Assembly (NCBI RefSeq): GCF_018350175.1
Contig: NC_058368.1
Location: 31,064,001 to 31,128,000, forward strand
DNA length: 64,000 nt
DNA from: Felis catus
Lineage: Eukaryota
Direction: 5' to 3'
The notes beneath the pieces were generated by a model. That model worked only from the letters and a program-made list of their open reading frames with translations, did no database searches and was not told the origin of the DNA. Each line of letters begins with the position of its first letter. Position 1 is the stretch's first letter. A program made the translations under genes and the position numbers. Below are positions 1-11,350 of this stretch, piece after piece.

Positions 1-371
1 TTTCTCAAAATACTGTGCTCAATTGGTCCATTGGAATTAGTGTTGTGTTCTTACAATAATGTGGATAAGCCTGAGGCTTCATCCAGGAGGAAGATGTGTA
101 TGGCATCCGATGGCTCTGAATTCATTGGAACACACAAGATTTCTTTGGGACCATCGTCTCAGAACCATGCCTCTTATACCCCGCTCACTTCTCGTTGTGC
201 ATCTTCTTTTTATATTTACTTCTTTGAACCACTCTCAGCAATGATCCTTTAGAAGAGCTGGACTCTTAAAAATATCTTTGTGCTCTTAGCATTTTCTCTG
301 CGATACAGGCATTTAGCAAGATTGCCAATGCTTAGGAAGTTGCTATGAAGGAGCCATGACACTGAATTAAC

Positions 372-545
372 ATAGTGATTACCAAATTTGTGTGCACATT
401 AGAATCCTCTGGGAATATTTTTAAATGTTCCAAATCTTAGGACATACCTCAAGTCTCTCTAGTGATGCACCAAAATCGTTAGTATTTTTTGAACCTCCCC
501 AGGTTATTCCAATATGTAGACAAGTTTGGGAACAATCAGGCTAGC
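372..545. mobile_element. MER5-like hAT-Charlie DNA transposon remnant
   Basis: Motifs tgcacattagaatc...ctccccaggttattccaatatgtag...gtttgggaacaa resemble the recalled MER5A/B consensus. Confidence 0.65.
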
Positions 546-649
546 AGTAATTATTCAAAATCTACAGAAAATATGTGTTCATCCAGGGCAGACACTGAGG
601 CTATTTCTATATCTTGACAGATGAAATGGATGAAGAAAATGTGATACAG

Positions 650-1206
650 AAAAACAATAAAGAAAATGTTATATGTAATGGAATATTATACATTCTTAAA
701 AAAAAAAAGAAGGAAATCCTGCTGTTTGCCACAACAACATGAAAGGACCTGGAGGGCATTATGCAAACTGAAATAAGCCAGATAGAGAAAGACAAATACG
801 ACATGGTATCAGTTACATGTGATAACTTCAAAAAAAAAAAAAAAGTCAAATTTCTCAGAAAGTAAAAAAACGGTCACCAAGGGCTGAGGAATGGGAGAAA
901 TAAGGAGAATCTGTAAAAAAAGATCCAAACTTTCACTTATACGATGAATAAGGTCTAAGGATCTAACGTATAACATGGTGTCTATAGTTGATAACACCAT
1001 ACTGTATAGTTGAACTTTGCTAAGAGAAAGGCGCTTAAATGTTCTCAACAACAACAAAAGATAAATATGTAAGGTGATGGATGTGCTAACTAACTCAGTG
1101 AGGGGAATCCTTTCATGATGTATACATTTATGAAAACATCACATTGTATACTTTAAATATTTTATCAATTTATTTTTCAATTATACCTCAATAAAGCTAA
1201 AAAAAA
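650..1206 (+). mobile_element. L1 3' end (L1MA-like) with poly(A)
   Basis: gaaggaaatcctgctgtttgccacaac...gaaataagccagatagagaaagacaaatac...tatacctcaataaagctaaaaaaa is a typical L1 3'UTR. Confidence 0.85.
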
Positions 1207-1292
1207 GGAGAAGGAGAAGGAAGGAGAGAAGGAAGGAACAAAAGGTAGGGGGAAGAAAAGGAGGGAGGCAAGAAGGGAAAAAAAGAAAAAAA
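1199..1292. repeat. Polypurine (GA-rich) low-complexity tract extending the L1 tail
   Basis: Almost only G and A over about 90 nt. Confidence 0.85.
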
Positions 1293-2911
1293 TGCTACAG
1301 AGGTTAGTTGAGTTTTTCCATTTTTAGGAGGTAAAATTTAAGGATAATACGAATCTTAAGTCATTGTTTTTCTTCTGTAGATAAAAGTTTAAAGCTAAGT
1401 ACATTGGAAGCCACTACTTCTCCCTTGAGGGTTTAATTGCTTAGCGATAGCCATCAAACTATATATATATAGCTATTTGGGTATTCTGAAAGTAACAAGC
1501 TGTGAGATATGAGTAATAGTTTCAGTAGGTATTTAGTAAAGATTATGTTGGGAAACTTTAATACGTATATGTATATGAAATTGTGGTAAGACTTGTTTCC
1601 AAAAAGGAGATTGAGCGTAAGAATTTACATAGTAGGTTGTATATTTTAATAAAAGCAAAGATGGAAGGCGTGAAATTTTGCTTTGTTGCATACGTTTTCA
1701 TAATTTAGTCAGAGAGAGCTATACTGATTTTTGGAATTCAATCAGAATTTCCCCATTTAAGTTACTAAGCAGAGGAAAGTCTACTGGAAATGCTATTGTC
1801 TGGTTAATGTTCTATATATTTTCTGATTATAATAATGATATAGCACACATTTCTATATAATTTTATTCAGAGTCAAATCAGAGATCGGAGGTTAAGCACA
1901 TTATCACCCTATCCACTGCTGCCATTACTGCTCAGGGTCAGTTCTAATTGTCAGTCATGCTCACCATTGTATCCCCTTTCCTCTGTTTATTCTATCCTGG
2001 TAAATGTTAAATCCATTCAGGGAAAAAAACCCCACACATTTAGAGTGTATGATTTTCTACAATTAAATGTAAATTATATTGTTACTGTTTAAAATATTAT
2101 TAGAAAGAAACATCCAGACATGATGTGTGACATGAGGTGGGGGGAGTCTTTAGTATCTAAATTCTAGGAGAATTTAGGAATTCTAGACATGTTCAAATAA
2201 ACAGACATCTACATGGACAGACAAGAAGATGACAGTATTATGTGGTCGGTCAGAATATAGTGAAATGCCTTGAATGTTTAATATAGAAATTTGCCTATGT
2301 TATAAGTTGAAAAGAAATATGGGGTATGTGTAAGTTTTATGTATTTATGTGAGAGAGAAGAAAACAAAAGTTCTATCTTGATTGTGAATATTCTTGAATT
2401 GAATATAGATCAAGTAATTCTATAAATGTTTTTGTTGACTTAGTCTTGGCATATGTTCTCAATTTAATGACTACCGTTTTTTTGTTTGTTTGTTTGTTTA
2501 ACTTAACAACTCACACAATTACAAAAATTGGGTCTTTGAAAGTTTCAGGGACCTTAAGAAGTAAAATAACAGAGTTCCCACTGTTGGTTGTCCTAGGACA
2601 GACCAGATATTTTAGAACATTCAGAGGTACAAACTGAAGGCATATCCCCTCATCGATTTAAGGGATTAGGTTGAACTTTTTATATTTTGCTTCCTTCCTC
2701 TATAGATAAAAAGCAAAAATTGTAATTTCAGTCACCTCTCATTTGAACGAAAAGGAGTCAATATATTCATATGAGCAGTTAACAATCTTGTCTATGCATG
2801 TGTTTTGTTCTGCACATTTAAAATATTTTAAATTATTTGCCAACATTTTACAAGTTGAAATTATCACAATATTTTGAAACATTTTTAAATTAAAAAATTG
2901 GCGGATCTTAT

Positions 2912-3112
2912 GGGCTCCTGGGTGACTCAGTCGGTTAAACGTCTGACTCTTGATTGCAGCTCAGGTCTTAATCTCATGGTTCATGAGATGGAGCGGGGAG
3001 CCTGCTTGGGATTCTCTCTCTTCCTCTCTCTGGCCCTCTCCCTGATTGTGCATACCTGCTGTCTCTCTCTCTCTCCCTCTCTCTTTCAAAATAAATGAAT
3101 AAACATTTAAAA
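2912..3112 (+). mobile_element. Can-SINE (older subfamily)
   Basis: tRNA-derived head gggctcctgggtgactcagtcggttaa, (CT)n tract, aaataaa tail. Confidence 0.9.
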
Positions 3113-3124
3113 ATTGGAAGATTT

Positions 3125-3296
3125 GGGGCGCCTGGGTGTCTCAGTCGTTTGAGAGTCCGACTTTGGCTCAGGTCATGAACTCACAGTTTGTGAGTTCAAG
3201 CCCCACATCAGTCTCTGTGCAGACAGCTCAGAGCCTGGAGCCTGCTTCAGATTCCGTGTCTCCCTCTCCCTGTGTGCCACCCCCACTGGAGTTCTG

Positions 3297-3347
<51 letters not shown>

Positions 3348-3372
3348 AATAAATATTAAAAATTTTTTAAAA
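3125..3372 (+). mobile_element. Can-SINE (SINEC_Fc-like) with long (CT)n
   Basis: ggggcgcctgggtg head, gagcctggagcctgcttcagattc, (CT)n, A-rich tail. Confidence 0.95.
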
Positions 3373-3699
3373 ATTGGGAGATTTTACACAAATATCCTGA
3401 TTTCTGATTTATCATGAGAAAGCCACTGACTCACTGTCACTGGGCCCTCCTTAATCCTACATGGTGGTATTTGGTTGGATCAGAGAAACTTCTGCCCGTG
3501 ATAGTTGAGCACATATTATCTAGGTTGGCATAGGGTCTGCATGGCCTACCTGACTCATATACATGACCCCTCTAGCTCCTTAAAGACACCTGAGTATTTA
3601 CCCTCTAGAATTTGTACCTAAAAGTGTTATACAGGTAAATATGGTATGAATCAAAAATGGTGGTAAGTTCAAACACCCAGGATTCTAAATTCCACCACA

Positions 3700-3702
<3 letters not shown>

Positions 3703-3731
<29 letters not shown>
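3703..3731. repeat. Poly(T) tract, 29 nt
   Basis: Read directly from the sequence. Confidence 0.95.
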
Positions 3732-3734
<3 letters not shown>

Positions 3735-3989
3735 ACTTGCTGCACAGTTGGCAATGTCATAGTATCTGGCCTTTGGAATGTAGGTAAAACCAAAAATACT
3801 TAAGAAAATAAGTAAAAAATATGTGTAAACCCCTAACTGATACCTCCAGTGCAGCTTTTGTTTGATTGGATTTATCCTTTTCTGGATGTGGAAACTGTCA
3901 CACAAGATGTTGACTATTCTCAAACTCCTTGGTCTGTCCAAGCTTGTGATACAAGTGCACCTTCAATTGTTAGTTAGCCAGCAAGGAGA

Positions 3990-4300
3990 AAGGCTGACAA
4001 AATCAGCTATTGGCTGAATGACTATTGTCAGGGAAATGCTAGAATTGGCTGATGCGTCAAAATAGGCAATGGCATTTGAACTTGACTTTCCCTTGTTCTA
4101 CTGATGATTTCAGATGATTCTGTGAGGGTCAGCTCGCTGTGAGCTCAGATACCCCTTTGTTCAGATGAACAGTGAATCTGCTCATTTCTTCCTCTCATAT
4201 CATTTGACTCCAATCCTCCTGGCCCGTACAAAAGTCCCGCCTAAAATAGGAGTTCATGCCTTTGAGGGCAAGCTTCAGCCAACGCGCCTGTGGACCAGCG
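3990..4300 (-). promoter_or_regulatory. Candidate promoter/enhancer: tandem CCAAT boxes, half-CRE, GGCGGG motif
   Basis: attggctga at 4009 and 4044 (TCAGCCAAT on minus), cgtca at 4055-4059, cccgcc at 4236-4241, several retained CpGs. Confidence 0.4.
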
Positions 4301-4839
4301 GACAAACACTCTAACCTGTCCTTCAGGAACAAGAAGACAAAGGATGGATTAGATTTCCTTTCCTTGAAAGTTCCACAAAACAGTGAAAAAACACATACAA
4401 AAGGAAAGATTATATCCATATATCCGCAGTCAGGTGGCAAGGGCATTTTATTCACTTGAAAATTAGTAGCATGCTATATATTACCAGGAAGAAAGGTGCC
4501 GAGAGATAAAGTTGATGGATATCATTTCCTTATTCAGTTTAGTGCACAGCAGGCAAAGTGGTATCTTTTTTCTTTTTCTTTCTTTTTTTTTTTTTAAGGG
4601 AGACAGAAATAGAAAACACAGGCAGGAGAGAGACAAGCATATGGAAGGAAAGGCCAAAGAAAGGATATGGCAAAGAGCAAAGAGACGCAAACTGCATTTG
4701 ACAATTACATCTGGAGTGACATGGAAACATGTATGATAATTTAGGCAAAAATAACTTCCTGATTGGCCCAACATTTTAGAGTTTCAGTAGCATTTATTTG
4801 GAAGTAGAATTTCTCGACTGTTTCACCCTTAAAGGGGGA

Positions 4840-4950
4840 AATGTGACACGGTTTTACTTTCGTATACAGGATATATCCTCAGCTCCAACAGCATGCCTGG
4901 AATGTTTCACAAATTCTTCAATAAATGTATGCTGAATAATGAATGAATGA
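4840..4950 (+). mobile_element. L2 3' end fragment
   Basis: cagcatgcctgg...caataaatgtatgctgaataatgaatgaatga terminal motif. Confidence 0.6.
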
Positions 4951-5472
4951 TGCTAAGAGACCATGAGTGAGATGCTCTGTTAATTGGTTAGTTCTTCAGA
5001 GTATTTGACCAAAACATTTTCCCAGATCTACTTATTAATTACTTTCTATCCCAAGTGAATGATGTTACACTGATTTTGCTTTAGCCTTAGTCTCCCTGAC
5101 AACTGAATTCAAATGAGAAATTATTGCTTCAGGGGCCAGAGAATAACATATTTCTAATAAATTTGCCACCATCATTCATTAAATGAACAAAACACTTGCA
5201 TTTTTAACTATACATCTCAATTTAAGTACTTGCCCAATATCAAACAGAACCAACCTGTTGATCCCATATATTCGTAGGTCCAACTATGAAATTCAGCATA
5301 GCTTCTAAATTGGGAGCCTTGGCTCAAGTTTCAGTAAATAATAAAAGTGAACTTGACAGAGTTGGTGTTATTCTTCTTCATGCTCTTTATTTAATTCTAT
5401 TAAATTAAGCGTTTGATGTACCTTATGCATGTAGTTAAGTGCTCGGGATGTACAGACACATAAGACAGTCTC

Positions 5473-5985
5473 TGTGACGGTGTGATGGACTGGTCACCCT
5501 TTATGACCATGCAGTAAGAGATCATTCCCTATGATTAGAAGCTCAGTATGCCAGATTCCTGCTTTCTCACACTTTTTTGGGACGAAGAAACTTAGGCATG
5601 TGATCTAGCTTCTCCCAGTCAGTGACATTTGTGGTGATTTTGACCCAGAAGCTAATGACACCAGAAAAGAAAGCCATGGATCTCTCTTCCAAGTGGAAAG
5701 TAGTAGTAGCAGTAAAAAACAGAATCTAGTTTCACATGCAGTAATGGCAGCAAAGAAACCCAGGCATTAACGTGGTGATTGGTAATCAAGGGTGGCAGTA
5801 GTTTTTTTAATAGATGAGTTCTGCACACGGTTTTGGAAGTTGAGCCTGATTCTATATATGCTACTGATGATTCAATAGCTCTCCTGCTAATTCATCTAGC
5901 TACACAGCATCTTTGTAAAAAATTCCTTTTCTGCTTCTGTCATCCCAAATGCAATTATTGTTGCAACTAAGAAGCCTGACAGGTA
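5473..5985 (+). mobile_element. ERVL-class solo LTR (LTR33-like)
   Basis: TG start, ggcatgtgatctagcttctcccagtcag, end aaattccttttctgctt...ttgttgcaactaagaagcctgac. Confidence 0.6.
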
Positions 5986-6734
5986 CGCATCCACACACAC
6001 ACACTCCTTTGAATATAGTACCATAAAATAAAACATAGGCCTATTGTGGTTATGGTTTTAGTGATACATTCTTGATCATAATAGTTCTTATAATGAATAA
6101 GCCACCAATAAAGGTCAGGAAACTAACATTTAGTGAAAACCTACCATATGCTTGACATCACACTTATAAATAATTTGCCTCATTTACTATTATTAATATT
6201 TTATCTCATTTACTAGACTGTAATTGCATAGCTGCAAAAAACTCTGATTGGTCTTTTGCTACTAAAGGATTTTATAAAATTAAAACAAGAATATGCATGT
6301 AGTGTGCACAGCATAATACCTGGCATCTAGAGGATGTTCAACAAATGCTAGTTCCTTACACTTATATATATTAATATATTTTCAAAGCAATTTCCAGGTT
6401 GATTTTATGGGGAGAATGATGCTAACAGAAACAAGAGGTAGACCTAACTTAAGCTAGCATCCAATAGGCTTAATTTGAAAAGGGTGAGATTAATTATACA
6501 TTGAAAAATATGTACAGATATAGGTCATCTTATAATTAAAAATCAGAATCTAATAAAAATAATCATAGATTTGTGTGTCTCGTTTTCATGAGAAAGCATT
6601 CTGTTCAACTTTATTGTATGTAAGTTTTATTCAAACAGTGTCAAACCTAGGCTTCTCCACTAAATTTAAACATATATATATATATAGCTGCCTTGTTTAA
6701 CCCATTTCACTTGGTGAGTATAGAAGACCCCTAT

Positions 6735-7148
6735 ATTGGTTTCCTAAGGCTACTCTAATAAAGTACCACACTGGATGACTTGAACAACAGAAATTTATTG
6801 CCTGGCAGTGCTGGAAGCTACAAGAATGAGATTAAGGTGTTAGCAGGGTTGGTTTATTCTGAGGGCTGTGGGGGAGAATTGGGGCATGCTTCCCTCCTAG
6901 CTTGGTATAGGTTTCTAGCAGTCATGGATGCGTCAGATTCATCTCTGTCTTCATCGTTACATGGTGTTTTCCCTGTGTGTGTGCCTCTGTATCTAAATTT
7001 CCCCTTTGTATCAAAACAATTATCTTGTGCTGGGGCCCACCCTAATGACTTCATCTTAAATTGATTATCTGCAAAGACAGTATTTCCAAATAAGGTCACA
7101 TTCATGAATACCTGGTGGTGGGAGGGGGGCAGGTAGGACTTAAACAAC
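6735..7148 (-). mobile_element. MaLR LTR (MLT1A/B/C-like)
   Basis: tattggtttcctaaggct...aaagtaccac...aacaacagaaatttatt...ccaaataaggtcacattc. Confidence 0.85.
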
Positions 7149-7188
7149 TTTTTTTTTTTAATTTTAATTTAAAAATTTTAATTAATAT

Positions 7189-7410
7189 GGGGTGCCTGAG
7201 TGACTCAGTCATTAAGCGTCTGACTTGGGCTCAGGTCATGATCTCACTGTTGGTGAGTTCGAGCCCCCCGTCGGGCTTTGGCTCTGGGCTGACAGCTCGG
7301 AGCCTGGAGCCTGCTTCGGATTCTTTGTCTCCCTCTGTCTGCCCCTCTGCTGCTTGCACTCTGTCTCTTGCATTGTCTCAAAAATAAATAATCATTAAAA
7401 GGATTTAAAA
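7189..7410 (+). mobile_element. Can-SINE inserted in the L1 tail
   Basis: ggggtgcctgagtgactcagtc head; degenerate TSD ttttaattaatat/ttttgattaatat. Confidence 0.92.
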
Positions 7411-9235
7411 ATATTTTGATTAATATACGGTATTATATTAGTTTCAGGTGTACAATATAGTGATTCAACACTTCAGTATATTACTCAGTGGTCATTATGT
7501 AAATTCACTCTTAATCCCCGTCACCTATTTCACCCATCGCCCCCCCCCACACACTCCTCCTCCAATATGCATCAGTTTTTTTTTGTTGTTGTTGTTCATT
7601 TGAGTCTTTTTAAATCAATTTTGATGATCTTGTTAAAGAAACCAGCTCCTGGGTTCGTTGCTTCATTGTATTTTTTTTTTAGTTTCTATATCATTTATTT
7701 TTGCTCTAATATTTATTACTTTCTGCCTTTGCTAGGGTTGGGTTTTGATTGTTCTTTTTTTTCTTCTCCTTTACACGTGAAATTGGGTTGTTTGAGATCT
7801 TTCTTGATTCTTGAGGCAGACTTGTATTGCTATAAATCTCCCTCTTAGAATCGCTTTTGCTATATTCCAAAGATTTTGGACTATTCTGTTTCCATTTTCA
7901 TTTGTCTCCATGTAGTCTTTTAATTTCCTCTGTCATTTCTTGTTTGACCTATTCATTGTTTAATAGCATTCTGCTTAACCTTTATGTATTTGTGTTCTGT
8001 CCAGATTTTTTTCTTGTGGTTGATTTCTAGTTTCATAGAATTGTGGTTGGAAAAGATGCATGGTATGATTTCAGTTTTTTGTTTTTGTTTTTGTTTTTTT
8101 TCTTAATTGTTGAGTCTTGTATCGTGATCTAACATGTAATCTGTTCTGGAGAATATTCCATTGAAAAGAATGTGTATTCCATCGTTTTAAAATGGAATGT
8201 TCTGAATATATCTGTTAGATCGATCTGGTTCAGTGTGTCAATCCAAGTCACTATTTCCTTATTGATTTTCTATTTGGATGCTCTATTGATGTAAGTTGGG
8301 TATTAAAGTACCCTACTATCATTGCATTCCTATAAATTCGTGTTTGTTGTTAGCTACTTTATATGTTTGGGGGATACATTATTGGATGCATAAATATTTA
8401 AAATTCTTATGTCTTCTGATTGAATTGTTCCTATTATGATTATATAGTGTTCCTCTTTGTCTCTTGTTATAGTCTTTGCTTCAAACTCTATTCTGTCTGA
8501 TATAAATATTGATACCCCATCTTTAAATTCCATTTATATGATAAATGTTTTTCCATCCCTTCACTTTGAATCTGCATGTGTCTTTAAGTATGAAATGAGA
8601 GTCTTGTAGGCAGCACAAAGGTGGGTTGTGCTTTTTTATCCATTCAGTCACCCTATGTCTTTTTATTGGAGCTTTTAGTCCACTTATAATCAAAGTAGTT
8701 ATTGATAGGTATGTATTCATTTCCATTTTGTTATACTCAATTTATACTTGTTTTTATAGTTCTCTGTTCCTTTCTTCTCTTGCTCTCTTCTCTCACTGTT
8801 TGCTGGCTCTCTTTAGTAATATACTCAGATTCCTTTCTCTTTACTTTTTGTATACATATTACCAGTGTTTGATTTCTGGTTACCATGAAGTTTGTATGTA
8901 GTATCTTATGCATAGAGCGGTATATATTAATTTGATGGTCGCTTAAGTTTGAATTCATTCTAAAAGCAATAAATTTTTGTTCCTTTCCCCCCATGTTTTA
9001 GGTGTATGGCATTATACTTTGCATCTTTTTATTTTGTGACTACCTTAACTGACTTTAGTACATATATTTAATTCTACTGCTTTTGTGCTTCCTACTTTTC
9101 TTAATCCTGCTTACAGTGTCCCCTTTAACATTTCTTGCAGGGCTGGTTTAGTAGTGATGAATTCCTTTAACTTGTTTATTTGGGAAACTACCTCTCCTAT
9201 TCTGAATGATAACCTTGCTGGATAGAATATTCTTG

Positions 9236-9295
9236 TTTTTTTCTTTAATGTTTATTTATGAGAGAGGGAGAGACAGTGTGAGTGGGGGAGGGGCA

Positions 9296-9331
<36 letters not shown>

Positions 9332-9458
9332 CAGAAGATCAGAAGCAGACTTTGCACTGACAGCAGAGAGCCCCATGTGGGGCTCGAACTCACAAACCAT
9401 GAGATCATGACCTGAGCCAAAGTTGGATGCTTAATTGACTGAGCCACCCAGGCACTCC
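9236..9458 (-). mobile_element. Can-SINE nested in L1 ORF1
   Basis: Reverse-complement SINE with (GA)n; TSD agaatattcttg/agactattcttg. Confidence 0.92.
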
Positions 9459-11244
9459 CAGACTATTCTTGATAACAGTTTTTTGTTGTTGTTGTTGGTT
9501 TTGTTTTGTGTTGTTGTTGTTGTTGTTGTTTTTCTTTCAACACTTACAATTTATCAAGTCACTCGTTTCTGGCCTGCAAAGTTCCTGCTGAAAAATCAGC
9601 TGATGGATTTATGGACCTTTTGGGCCTTCTTTGTAGCTGTTTTCTTTTTTCTTGATGATTTTAAAATTCTCTCTTTTTCACTAAACTTTGCCATTTTCAT
9701 TAGTATGTGACTTGGTGTGGACTTCCTTGGGTTGATTTTGTTGGGGGCTCTCTGTGCCTTCTAGATTTGGATTTCTGTTTCCTCACCCAGATTCGGGAAG
9801 TTTTCATCTATTATTTCTTCAAATAAATTTTCTTCCCCCTCTTCCCTCTCTTCTCCTTTTGGCTTCACAATAATGTGAATGTTATTACACTTGATGGTGT
9901 CGCTGAGTTCCCTAAGTTTATTCTCATTTTTTTATTATTCTTTCTTCTCTGTGTTATGAAGCATAATTGCTTCATTACTCTGTCCTCCAGGTTGCTGATC
10001 TGTTCTTTGCTTCCTCTAGTCTAGTATTCATTCCATCTAGTGTATTTTTAATTTCAGTTATTGAATTCTTCATCTCTGATTGGTTCTTTTTTATGTTTTC
10101 TGTCTCTGTGTTGAGTCTCACTGAGGTCCCACAGTCTTGTCTCAAATCCAGTGAGTATCTTTATGGCCATTGCTTTAAATTATCTATCAGATATTTTACT
10201 TATCTCTGTTTTCATTTACATCTCTTGCTGTGATTTTCTCCTGTGTTTTCACTTAGGACATATTCCTCTGTCCCCTCATTTGCTCTAACTCTCTGTTTGT
10301 TTTTATGTGTTGGAAAAGTCAGTTACATCTCCTGCTCTTGCAAGTAGTAGCCTTAGGAAGAAGAGGCCCTGTAGTGCCCTGTGGTGCAATGTCCCCTGTT
10401 TACCAGGACCTGACACCTTAGGGATGTCTTCTATGTGTGTCACATGTGCCCTTCTGTTGTGGCTGAGCTGTGTTTGCCATTAGCCCTGTCATCTACAATG
10501 GCCCTCTTTGCCTTTTGTGAGCAGGGTTTGGTCCCTGTGTTTTTTGTGGGCAAGTCTAAGGCTGCCTTTGACTTGACTTGGGTCAGAGCAGGTGTTTTTC
10601 AGAGCTACAGTTGCACCAGACTGCAAGACGCTCTCCCTGTGCTGTCCCCTGAGAAACTTTCATTGGCAGGCAGTGCCTCCAGTCAGACCAATGTCTGCCC
10701 CCCAGCCCACTGGGCCACAGTGGAACTGGTATATATCATTATCTTCCTCCTCCCCTGGAGCAGGCATCACTCTGAAGTGGTGCTGGCCCCTGTTGGAGCT
10801 GCTTACAAACTGCCATATTTGTAGTGCAACTTTAGATGGACTCTTGTGGAGGCCGGTCTGCACAAGAATTGGGGGCGGGGGGGGGCAGGAACACAGTGCC
10901 AGCAATGTGTGTGCCAGTCTGATGCAGGAGGGGAACTGAAGCTTCCTGGGAAAACTCCTGCCTTGTCTGGGCCAGACAAGCAGGTCTGTAAAAGAGTATG
11001 ATTGCATGGTGTGCTTTTAGCAAGCTAGATGCAGTGTTAGTGCTGTGTCGATTCCCTCAGGTGTCCATGTGTCTAGGCTTGGGGGTCGGGATGGGAAATG
11101 GCACCTGCCAGCTCTATTGTTGTTGAAGTCTCCTAGAAATCTCTACCCCTCCAGTACAGGCTAAGATTAGTAAAATCTCCCTCCTGCATACTCCAGATGT
11201 TTTTCAAACTGTTTGTATGCTGTATATCCACAGTAGCCTTTTAC

Positions 11245-11350
11245 ATTAGGCTACCATTGACCTTCTGATGATGTCAGAAGGAGAATCATCTGCTTCAGGA
11301 TCACTGCAGAACGTGAAACTGTCGATAAAGGGCAGGGGGTAGATACTGTA
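11245..11350. mobile_element. Tigger-family (TcMar) terminal fragment
   Basis: ggctaccattgaccttctgatgatgtcagaaggag...gataaagggcagggggtagatactgta resembles the recalled Tigger2/MER8-type terminus. Confidence 0.5.

Larger units (their letters stand above)
2800..3606 (+). mobile_element. MER102-like hAT-Charlie element interrupted by two SINEs
   Basis: aaaattgggagattttacacaaatatcctgatttctg...cactgggccc matches the recalled MER102 consensus, with host sequence on both sides of the SINE pair. Confidence 0.6.
7149..11230 (-). mobile_element. Carnivore L1: 5'UTR part, ORF1 remnant, ORF2 endonuclease N-terminus, large internal deletion, 3' end
   Basis: ORF 8523..8726 (TYLSITTLIISGLKAPIKRHRVTEWIKK...CCLQDSHF...KVKGWKNIYHING) is the L1 ORF2 APE-type endonuclease start. 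The 3'UTR lies at 7420-7580 and poly(T) at 7149. All frames are broken. Confidence 0.88.

Noticed and set aside
3690..3745. Orphan poly(T)29 as a poly(A)-only retro-insertion
   Set aside because: Flanks share only accac; no convincing TSD
10435..11023. Cluster of overlapping ORFs (63-129 aa) on both strands
   Set aside because: Lies in the GC-richer L1 5'UTR region, where stop codons are rarer
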